A stretch of 55,914 nt of DNA, filler included, from Dirinaria sp. TL-2023a (lineage: Eukaryota), in NCBI GenBank assembly GCA_051941275.1. It is 3 parts of 3 records of this genome, joined end to end, with 100 filler letters (N's around TTAATTAATTAA, not from the genome) between each part and the next. Parts side by side here need not be neighbours in the genome. Positions count along the whole stretch, not along the records: positions 18,681 to 37,248 come from JAVEBF010000378.1; positions 37,349 to 55,914 come from JAVEBF010000379.1; 1 more part is not named here. The stretch is one strand, 5' to 3'. The translations under genes were made by a program, and so were the position numbers. The notes under the pieces are model-generated. The model had not been told where the DNA came from, ran no database searches, and saw nothing but the letters and a program-made list of their open reading frames with translations. The number at the start of each line of letters is the position of its first letter. Position 1 is the stretch's first letter. Of this stretch, positions 33,857 to 44,621 are shown piece after piece.

Positions 33857-36347
33857 ATGTCTGGCGAGCCATCCTTACCGACTGACATTTTTCCTGGTGC
33901 CAGTGATGGATCCAAATCCTCATTGGTCATGTCCTCGCAGCGAGGAGCTCCAGTCGGTAGTCAAAGCCAACAACGAGCGGATGTCTATCGTGTAATTCAG
34001 ATTCGGTAAGCTATTTTCAATTGTGCTTGCTATGCCCAACACACGCGTACCTTAGCCTTCCGTTGCTCTAGAAGGGGTTTCTTACACAATCATTACCAAG
34101 CACTCAGGAAAAACGTGGTCCTTGTGTTCTGAGAATTTGCTTCTCCTTTCTTTGAAAAATGGTGCACTCTTCCGGGTTCTAATTGAATACTCATGATCAG
34201 ACTAACCTCCAGTGCTTGCTTCCACTCTCTGGTAGGGGCAGTCGACGACTTCAACCAAAATGTGACACAAGGTCGCCGAGATCTGCTCATTGACAAGCAG
34301 ACGAATTTCAAGACCCTTCATCAAACCGCTCAGGAAGACTTAAACAAATGCCTCTCCATTGGTACTCCCAAGAGCAAGAGGACGCAGATCTGGCGGAATG
34401 TCAAGTCTGGACTTGAGAAATTCTGTCATGTTGTCTACAATTACTCTTCTGTCATGGACGTTATTGCATCTTCCCACCCTGAGATTGCATCGTTGGCATG
34501 TAGGTAGCATCTGCCTGCAATCGCAATCGAAACGCTGAACGAGGGTAATCAGGGGGTGCAATGAAGTTTCTCCTTGCAGTAAGCGTCAATCATCAAGAAC
34601 TCAAAGAAAAAATTGTCTATCACCTCGCAGAGATTGGAGAGCAGTTCAAAATCGTTGATAGCTATGTCAGACTCTTTCCAGAGATGGACATGGTTGAGCA
34701 CGTTTGTTGTGTCTATGATAATTTTACAACTTTTCTCCAAGTCTCTATAAAATGGTGCAAAGAGAATGCTCTCGGTGAGTATGAAAACTTATCCTTCATG
34801 GCCGTGCTGATATTGTGCCCCTAGTCAAATTCTTCAAGAATGTGGCTTTACCTTACGAAGCACGTATTAAGCCGACGATTGACGAATTAAACACACACTT
34901 GAAAAGGGTCAAGGACCGCGTCGATGTACATAACACACACCGCCTTGCCGCCGTGCAGTATGACATCGGTTCGCTCATGGAGATTCTCGATGATAGTAGA
35001 AGACTGCAAGTTGACTCCTATGCTGTCATTGCTCAGTTGCTGCAAGGTATCGCCTCAGACCAAAGGAAGCAAATGGGCCAGCCTTTTGAGCTTCCAACTG
35101 CTCACCCTAGAGTACAAAGTGGAAAAACTAATTCAAGGATCTTTTCCGAAGAAGAACTCATTACTTCTCTCAAAGAATTTCCAGATCCACAGCTTACTCC
35201 CGAACATCTCAAAGACTACGTAACCCAAAGCATGCGACTCGAAGCCAAGGATTCCTATACTGCGTTCGATTTACTCAACAAGGCCGAGGTTAAGGCGTGG
35301 ACAGGTTCTACAAGCTCGTCCCTCCTCTGGATCGATGGTTTCGCCAATGTGCACGCCAGTAAGTGGACTACAGAGTTCTCCATCGATGTCTTGCTTGGGA
35401 TAGAAAAACACAGCAGCACGCTTCTATTCTATTTTGGCGATGCGACAACGAACGATGTCTCGGACCTTGAATTTGGCCATTCCGCTTCGTCGAAGACCAT
35501 CGTTCACTCCTTCATCATTCAGCTCTTGAGTCAACATCCGTATCTCGCAGGAACCCATGCTACGTGGCTCAGTCCACAGCGCTTGATAGAAGCACGCCGT
35601 AGCACCAAGGCGGCATGGACTATTCTGCACTACCTGCTGAAGTCGCTGGCAGCTGAATCAAGGATTGTGTATATCGTGATCGATAGCATTGACGCCCTAC
35701 CTAACGCCAGTAACCACTCACGCGATCTGCAGCCTTTCTTGCGGCACCTCTCCGCCCTAGTCACCTCGTCACCCCTTAGAGAAATTGCGGGAGCAGATTC
35801 ACTCCTGCCAGTCAAGATCCTCCTCACGTCCGTGACGGGCAGTATTCATGAACTTCTCTTTACGCCAGCTGCCGCCGAGTCCCTTCCTTCACATTCCATT
35901 ATCCACATTCCACAGACCTTTGGCCAACACAATGTCCCAGTAGCGCCTGCCCACCTGCGCAAACCGAGCGCAAAACGTCTTGTTCGTCTACCTGATTCTG
36001 ACGATGAGTTTGGACTTAAGCCTGCGGATAGCTTTGGCTTCTCCGATGAAGAGGGCGGCGGCTCGCTGGTGTTCAGTAGTGAAGAAGAACAAGAAGGCAT
36101 GGATCGGGGAGGTATCGATGAAAGAGAAGTAAAAATCCATGAAGCGCGCGATGCGAAAACTAGAATTATCCAGCACAGGGCGCGCGAAGACCACACGACA
36201 GTGGCAAGGAGACAGTCAGATTCGAGCGAGGAATTGGATTTCAGCGATGGTGAAGTGAAAACCACATCCAGAGCAAATAAATGTGCGGACGACATTCAAT
36301 TTTCCTCGTCTTCCGAAGAAGAAAAGGCGAAATTCCTGTTACAATGA
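33857..36347 (+). CDS. NACHT/STAND-like protein (DUF7708-type helical N-domain + NPHP3_N-like NTPase fold) with degenerate Walker A and acidic tail, ~726 aa
   Basis: Exons 33857-34005, 34213-34499, 34553-34774 and 34825-36347 (2181 nt); exon 1 is less certain. Motifs: VMDVIASSHPEIASLAWGAMKFLL, Y..LFP, VKAW..STSSSLLWIDG (no GxxGxGK[ST] follows), LLFYF, SFIIQLL, VYIVIDSID (Walker B-like), VKILLTS. Confidence 0.8.
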
Positions 36348-37248
36348 GAAGAGAGAAGCATACTTTTTGCGCAGACGATTGCATCCGCTACTCAAAAGGT
36401 ACAATTGACCGCAATACGTGTGCATTCCCTCTCGAGGAGAAGACCATATTGAGTGCCGATAAGACATGCAGTGAGAAGAATGGCCTTCTGTAATCTGTGC
36501 ATCTTCCAGCTCAAATACAAGAATTCCGGTACTGGAATTTCAGCCAAATAGGACTCTGCACCATTGAAACTTTCATACTCGAAGACTCGATTCTACTCTA
36601 TGTCCTTCGTACGACCACGAAATTCTCAAAACAAGCATCGTTCTATTGGCAAACCTGGGGACGAATCAAATCGAGTTGATACCATCAATTACAGCTTTCG
36701 TGCACTCATCACCGCAAAAGCGGCGCAACTTCTTTCATACTTTTACATGTATTCAGCCTACACATGAGATAGTGTGTCTTATTGGTATCCGAGGGCTATC
36801 TGGCCCGGATGACAGAGATGGCGCTGGGGATATTCACAAGCTCTCACACGTTACAGCCCCTAGATATCATATATGTATAGATAGCAGACGAGACAATTAG
36901 TGGATAACAAAACTTGAATTCCTACCTGAGCCTTACCCACTCACGTCAGATTTCATCACGTGAGCTCTTTACTGTACAAATCTCCCATCCTAGAAATGCG
37001 CCTTCCCTAATAAAGTTAGAGCTCCACGACAACGCCAAGCATCACCCTACTTGAGCTTCAGTACCAAAGTAAAAAGTATCACCATCTCAAAAAAAAACCC
37101 CCCAATCCAGATGACAGAAACCCCTATTCTCCGCGGGGTCCATCTCCACGAATAAGTCCATTCCAACTAAACACCCACACCACAAGTCTCAAAACCCCCC
37201 AGCGACTCCATACACCACGTCGCTCGCGCCTCTCTATCCCTCCCCAAC

Positions 37249-37348
37249 NNNNNNNNNNNNNNNNNNNNNNNNNNNNNNNNNNNNNNNNNNNNTTAATTAA
37301 TTAANNNNNNNNNNNNNNNNNNNNNNNNNNNNNNNNNNNNNNNNNNNN
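37249..37348. other. Artificial assembly spacer N44-TTAATTAATTAA-N44
   Basis: Same 100-nt structure as 18581-18680. Confidence 0.97.
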
Positions 37349-38016
37349 GTCTTGAGTCGCGCACCTCGCGCGATTCCTGAAAATTAATGAGGTGGATCGT
37401 CTTCCGTTCCCGGCTCCCTTGATTTACGATTGCACGGAATTGCCTTCCCAATTCAGGTCCCTTCTTGATTTTTCGGTGGGATGGGTCTGTGGAGTTGGTG
37501 CTACATTTCATATTTTTGTGACTTATATGTAAGATACATCACGTAGTTGGGGGTTCTCTCTGTGTTGTTTTTTTCCCTTAATGGGTTCGGGGGAAGCGTG
37601 TGTATTTGAGGTGTTTTGATTATTGTTTGCTTGGGCGAGGGGTATGATTACTATTGTGGGGCCTTTGATATGGGCTGGCCTTTGTATATGGGTTTGGAGT
37701 GCACTTGAGAGTGGATTGCAAATTTTTAACTTTTGTGTGTGATTCTGGGATTCCCGACTATCTGTGAGGTGATCGATCTACTGGATCAGCGAGACATTGT
37801 GGTCGCCCCCCCATTAAGCCTGATGCCTCTCTTTCGAGGCGTATTCGAAATGACAAAGCCCCTAGGTGCCCGTGCTCATCCGCTCGATGGCGATGGCCGC
37901 TCTCAAGTTCCTTAACGCCAGTGCTAATGTACAGTATCTCATGAGAATGCTTGCAGTATGGTTGCTGACCGATGACGGGTGAGGAGATCATTGGACTTTG
38001 TGAGACCCGTCGCCGC

Positions 38017-39535
38017 CTACTCCTCGTCCTCGTCCTCATCAATGACCCTACGCCTCTTCGAACGCCCGCCGGCAGTCCCAGGGTCAGGCTCTGCAGCTTG
38101 CCGCTTCGTATTGCCCTTGCTAGCTTTCTCCTCATCCATGGCGATATCCTCTTCCTCTTCCTCGCTTGCATCTTCCACGATTTCTGGCTCCTCGTCGCTG
38201 CCAACTAGGAAGCCATCGTCTTCGTCGTATTCGTCTTCCCGTGTCCGTCCCCTAATTGGGAAGTCCTCTTCATCACTGTATTCGCTATTCCTCCGCCTCG
38301 GCTTCTTGCTCTTCGGCTTACTCGGTCGAGCTCTCGTGGTAGCCATACCATCGTCATCATCTTCCAAGCCGCCAACTGTAAGGCCAGCACCGTAGCCAGT
38401 GCGTAAGCCAGAACGTCCAACTGCGCGGTTGCTGCGTTCTCGTTCTCGCTCTTCCTGATTCTGTCGACGACGGGCTGCTTTCACCTGATCTCTCGCAAAT
38501 TTTTCTGCATCCTTCTTCCCCTGTTCGGGATCTTGGGTGACATGCATCAATTCAATGCCTCCGTCTTTCCCTTTATTGGCACCCCTAGCTGCTGCCAGAG
38601 TTTCTTGAAGTCTGATTAGGGCTTCGTCATCCTGCTCTGAGTGCGACTGCACGGCAAGCGATGCTGTAATATGGTTCGTGAGGCGCGTGACAGAGATAGA
38701 CATGTATGGTGCGCCCAGATAAGTATGTGAATCGAGCCGGTCATTGTACGAGTTTATGCCGTTCGTTGCTCGTTGGATTGAGGTCGGGGTGGGTTTGACT
38801 GGATTGATCTGAGGAGGCGCAAGAGCTTTGGCCGAGAGCAGAAATTGTTCCTTTGCATTCGAAGCCAACTGCACCGTCAATGATCCGTCGGACCAGCGTA
38901 GGATTCGCGCGTTTGACTGGATCTCTTCTGGATCATTTGGTGAGCGCCGCCATCTGATGGTATTATTCGAGGTGTTGTAGGCTGAGAAGGTCGAGGAAGG
39001 GTCACTTGAACTATGATGCTCGGTTGTAGGGGGTTTCCAATTGTTGGGACTGAAGGCCTTGGGTTCGATGGCCAGGAAGCTCGGCAGCTGTAGAAGGTAC
39101 AGCTATGATCATTGTTAGAGCCGAAAGTTTTTAGCTCTTTGGCATGGACGTACCTCGCCATCGCTAGGTTTGGGTATCGCGTGCCGGCTCATACTGACAT
39201 CCAAGACAGTCTCTTCTCGATCGGGTGGGGGTTCTTTGTGATCTCCGTATTCGTCTTCCGCACGGTCAATCATATCCTCATCATCGCTAGAATTGAGCTC
39301 TGCATCATCGATGGTGCGCCGCTTCTTGCTTGCACCTGGTGACCTGAAAGGATTCAGCACCTAATCCCACTGTGGCATTCCAAGATGCTCACGCTTGCTC
39401 TTCATCATCTGAGCCTGAACCAAACAAATCCGCATCGTCTGCGCCATCTACGGGGCCGGGCTTCTTCGCGCTGTTGCCATTCTCCCCGGCGTCTGAAGCC
39501 TCCCTCTCATCGCTCATTCCCTCTGAACTGCTCAT
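38017..39535 (-). CDS. LEO1: Paf1 complex subunit Leo1, ~472 aa
   Basis: Exons 39535-39393, 39343-39154 and 39102-38017. Acidic N-terminus with DLFGSGSDDE; LYLLQLPSFLAIEPKAF; SNARILRWSDGSLTVQL; DPEQGKKDAE; DEYDEDDGFL; KRRRVIDEDEDEE. Confidence 0.92.
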
Positions 39536-40114
39536 CTTACCAGACGCGGTACGAGTTTTTATACTCGTCGATCAACTCCCTCTCAATTCTAGCAAAGTAT
39601 GCCTCGGAGCCGTAATCAGGTATACCGTGCAATCGACCGATGCTGCGATACCTCCTCGCCAAACGCTCTTCGGGAGTGCTGTGGTAAAATACCCAACTCT
39701 CGTGAGCACGTCGGTCTTCGACAACTGCAGAGCATGTCAGATCACTCTCTGAGCGACGACAGAATTACCTACTCTCAACTCTACCAAGGGCACTGGATGG
39801 GCGGGGTGGAACACTGGTCTTTGTAGCTTTAGTTTGGTAAAGGGTTGGATCACTGCAGGATCGTCGAAGCCTTGGCATTTTCGCGCAAGGCAAGTCGGAC
39901 CGAGGCGCTGTAATGATCGACAACGCTACGTTAGTGTTGCTGTAATCATACACGAAGCGAGATCTCCTTTTATGGACATTCAACTCTCTCATCTGCTTGT
40001 TTCCTGACAATGCTCATCCCCATCAAGAAGCTCACCAACATACAAGTATCAGAACACTGTGTCCCAGTCTGTGAGCCGAAGTTAGGAGCAGGGGCTTCTA
40101 CGGCAGGTTAGCAA

Positions 40115-42124
40115 ATGATGGCAACATTCTTTCAGAGTGTGTAAGTACTTATGATTCTCTTTCAGCTTATGGGGTGGTGGTGGTGTTGATGATTCTGGTG
40201 ATTTCCTTGATGGGATGGAGTTTTTGCAGGTCAAGATCATGGAGCATTGGTGATAAACAATGGAACCCTAGAGCACTGCTTCATAGCTACAACCCTGTCC
40301 ACGTTTATTTCCCGTTCATGCTACTTGTTGTTCGATTTCTCTTTTTGCCTTGCTCCACCGAACCTCCCTTTCCTTGCTTTCATCATACCATACACCGCAA
40401 AGCTGCCAGCTCAGTACCACCAGCCTTTGCACCAGACGGTGTAGTAAGACTAGCTATGGCTTTCCACCCCGGCACCCATCGCTACCACCCCTATTCCCAG
40501 CTTTATCGCCCTAAAATCTGTGGCTACAGCCCCAAAGAGGGCCAGGATCGAATTCGATCAAAGCAACGGTACTATCATCCAATTCTTTTCTTCGCACCAG
40601 AGTGTTCCACTGGTAGATCATATCTACGGGTAGAAAATGGATGATGGTATTCTGATCGTCTCCTTCCATCAGATGGTCTAGCATCTGCTGTCTTGCAGTA
40701 ATTGGCTATTGCACTAACTGTGGGCTTGGCATACTACTCATGCACGGATTGCTGGTCACACACAGACTTCGAGTCTTCCCCCTAAGTCAAAATTAGTCTT
40801 GCGAGAGGGCCTAACACGTATTGTTTTGACTCCTATCCAATGTATTTCGGGCCATTTATCCTACATTCTTGGCTCTCAGTCCTTAATGATCCCAGCCACG
40901 TTATCAATAATAAAAAGTTTTTCCTGGGAAAAGCAGAATGCTAACGTCTGCTTGTCTAGTCGAGGAACCTTTGGCCGTCAAATGAATAAACCTAACGGCG
41001 CTGGAACCTCGAACCAGGCGAGGGGGCCTGGCTCGCAGGGACCCGGATCTCAAGGACCAGGTTCTCCAGGACCTAGCTCTGAGACCGCGTCTGCTGCCAT
41101 CGCGTATGGGCCTGCGATGCCGCCTCCTATGCCGGCGCTCAATACCAATGCCTCTTTCTCTTCTGGTATGGGCCCGGAAACTTCTTCTCCTCACGTCGAA
41201 GGTCAGGATTCGAATCAGGGAGAGACCATCGAAAAGGAGCCCCCTAAATTCTTCTTCCGTGAGAAATATGCTCGCTTGGGTGTCAAGGGCAATTTCATGC
41301 CATTGGCTGCGTGCCCAGAAAACGTTGAGCCCGCCGAATGGCTGTCTCATCACGGTGAGAATCTCCTTGCAATCGATTCTAGGGCTGTGGCTGATCTTAT
41401 TTTAGCCATGGAGCAATATCGTCTCGCTGCGGCCTTGGTCCAGTGCATCCAGGAAATCGACAACAACACTGGCCTAGCACTCTGCAACCCAAAGGATTGT
41501 CCTGTCATGTCTGCTGGCCTGTATGATTGCTTGATTACCTTTAATCGGCCCGCGCTAATGTGGACTAGGAGTCATACTTATACTTGGCTCAATAATGAGA
41601 AAGTTCCTATCAAGGTGCCGGCATGCCAATACATCTCCCTGGTTCAGCGCTGGATTGTGGGCAAATTGGGCGACCCAAAGGCCTTTCCGACGGAGAACCT
41701 TACTGGAAGCGCCACCACGTACGCCTCTGGAGGTCTCAATACCACCCACTCCAATACTCCGATTGCTGCTGGACCAACGACACTCAATGCGTCTCTTTCG
41801 ACGCTCGCTGGCCGTGACTGGGTTGGCAAGAGCGCTGGGTTTCCTGAAACCGTCGTGGGTGACGTGAAGACGTGCTGCCGTCAGTTGTTCCGCCTGTACG
41901 CCCACATTTACCATTCCCACTGGACTGATCCCTTCTGGCACCTGTCGAAGACGACCGACCTCAACTCCTGCTTCGTGCACTTCCTCACATTCTGCATGCT
42001 CTTCCGCTTTCTCTCCGAGAAGGACCTGGAGCCGATGCAGCCGTTGATCGATATCTGGATCGCTAATGGGGCCATCCATCCTGATGCTGCTAGGGGCGCC
42101 TGCGCCATCAATCCATCGCAGTGA
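40115..42124 (+). CDS. MOB2: Mob1/phocein-family kinase activator, Mob2-type, ~363 aa
   Basis: Exons 40115-40140 (MMATFFQSV), 40960-41354, 41406-41520 and 41569-42124. Motifs: LGVKGNFMPLA, EWLSHH, CNPKDCPVMSAG, YTWL, VPACQYI, AFP, RQLFRLYAHIYHSHW, DLNSCFVHF. Confidence 0.88.
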
Positions 42125-42516
42125 TGCCGTGAGCATTCACTCGATTCAGCTGTGGAGCAATGGACTGGTATCAAGTGTGGCATATTCGGCGAGATGATAT
42201 CCCCCATGCAGTCGATGCATAGCAATTGCGATCTGGCGTTTACAAGGAAATGAAGCAAAGAAAATGCGAAAGGAATCGCGCTCTAATCGAGGCAAGCACC
42301 AGTATCGAGGTAATGTTCTCTTCAAGATTAGACAGCGGGCTACTGCGATAGGCATGAGACTCTACCTGAATACAATGCTTCTTCACAACTCCATCAGTCA
42401 ATGCCCTGTACAGCTTTCCAGCCAATTTACGCCAAGAAATGTAAGTGCATGGATAATTCATGGTGATGTTACCAATTCTCATCCAGCTGCCATTCGCCCC
42501 AGAGTGTTTTTGTACA

Positions 42517-44347
42517 TCACCCGTCCTTTGCTCCTCGCTTCATGTCTACATTGCCCTCGTTCTGTTTCTGCCGCTTCCTCGTCTCCCGGATGAAGACCCC
42601 GCACGCAATACCTGCAGCGGTACCCCCCAGATGTGAGAGCCAATCAACATTCCAGAACGGTCTCCTCAAAGTGCCCCTTCTCAAGCCGTCAATATCTATC
42701 GCAGTCAATACGACTAAAACCACCAGTGTACTCAGATGCTTCGTGTATTCTTCCGGGATGAACCAGATCTTCACGGATTTGCTAACATGACATGTTAATT
42801 GACTTCGATGGTGTGTAGTGGGCCGCGCTCAGACCGATAAGGGGGAGAAACTTACTCCTGATTCAGATACAGATATGCCGCCACTAGACCGGAGATGACG
42901 CCGCTGGCTCCGAGAGCGCCGGTCGAAAAGATTTTTTTGTACGCGTTCATCGAAAGGGAGGCGAGTGTTGACACTGCACCGCAGGAGCAATAAGTCGCGA
43001 GAAAGGCACCGCGGCCGATATCGTCGTGTACTATTTCCTTTGGTTCAGCTTGTGTTCTGCAGAAAATGGTGAAATTGGGAGATGGGCAAACTACTTACGC
43101 CAGGTCCCGAAAAAGTACAGGATACCCATGTTTGATATTAGATGGCTGAACGTCTGATGGCTGAATGTATTCCCCAGCAGGCCCGAAAGGCGCGGGGCTC
43201 CAGGGAGGGATACGAAGTTTCTGTATAGAAAGCGCTGTGAGACGGTGGTATGCCAGGCACAGAAAATTACGAATTGAAACGCGATCAGTGCCCCCACAGT
43301 AGCCTGCGCGGGGGGAATTTCAGGAAACATCCTCGCACTATCCGGTGGAGTAACATAGTATGTTGCGAACAATGCCGAGAAACCGAGAATTCCCAAAGTC
43401 AAGGCAAAAGAAGGCCAGAGTCGCTGCCACGTTTTCTTGGCTGGCCAGCTGTCTAGCCCCGAGCCGAACACATTCCGTGTTGCCTCGACATACTCATCCT
43501 TCGAACGCCGCACTTCTTCGAGTTTGACTAGTCGACGCTGTTCCTGCGCAACTCTCTTCTCTTCGACTGTGGCTGGTAACCCCAATTTGACGGCTCTTTT
43601 CCTCTCGCGTTCTTCAGCCAGCTGCTGCCTCTTCTCTCTCAGCTCTTGCCGCCTCTTGTTCCTCTTCCGCAACTCGTCAAAAGCGGACTTGCCATACCTG
43701 GCGTTCTCTGCAGCGTTCTGCTGTGGGATGTATACCAACGGAGCATCGCCGGAACTCTGGATCGGTTGGTTGCTTAGTTCATCGGCCAGCTGGGGGCTGT
43801 ATATTCCTAATTTGACAGCTCGAGCTATGAATTCTTGACTTTGTTCTTGATCTTCTCGATCAAGCCGAGCGATGATCGCGGCGTCCTCGTCCAAGGGGGC
43901 TGCGGTACGCAGCCATGCCAGTCCTTCAGCTACTGTACTTTGAGGGACGCCACGTATCCCCTCGTCCAGCTTTCCCTGAATGCGAGCTTCCTGTATCTCC
44001 TCCAAGATCTGATTGCCTTCTTCTGGATCAAACTGCTGGCTGAAAATCTTCTGAAGCTTCTCAGATGAAAGGGTAGGTAGCTCAGGCGCTTGGTCGGAAG
44101 GAGGGACCTGAGCTTTGCCAGGTGAAATCGATTTCTTGGCGAGACATTTCGCAGCTGTAGAAAATCGCGCGCAAGGCAACTGTTTCGTAATGTTATGATG
44201 CCAGATTGGAAAGCTTAGGATCGAAGGCTGCTTGAACTGCAATGTTCGCCTCACAGGTGCTAGATGTGAAAACGCCGTCGGGGACAGCGAATGTGCCCAA
44301 AGCCCGAGGCTGACTGATCGCCATGATGCCTGGCCAACAGCATTCAT
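42517..44347 (-). CDS. PCP1: Mitochondrial rhomboid protease (Pcp1/PARL-like), ~562 aa
   Basis: Exons 44347-43099, 43030-42856 and 42781-42517. Presequence-like N-terminus; FSHQTFSHLISNM; catalytic GASG (ALGASGVISG); catalytic His in WLSHLGG. Confidence 0.88.
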
Positions 44348-44621
44348 CTCATAATTGAGCGCACTCAACAGTGAGCCTGCTATGATAACCAAAGAGCGAT
44401 CAAAAGCATCATACCTTCCTTTTCAGCAAAAGTACCTAGTTCCGCCCTCCCTTGAATAGAGCAGCCGGCAAAAAGTCGGCGAAACTCCGGCAATCGCTTC
44501 CTAGACCTACAGTATTTCTCGAGCTGCTTCAAGCACGACTAGAATGAGCAGCAGTCCGCGTAATAGAGAAATTTCGCATTAGCTGAATTCATGAAAGGAG
44601 TTCTAGGACTCCGAGTCCGTT

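Noticed and set aside
40799..40959. N-terminal extension of the 441-aa MOB2 ORF
   Set aside because: TTG start; it lies within the intron ending at the GCTAAC..TAG acceptor (40959). The track ORF also reads through two in-frame introns.
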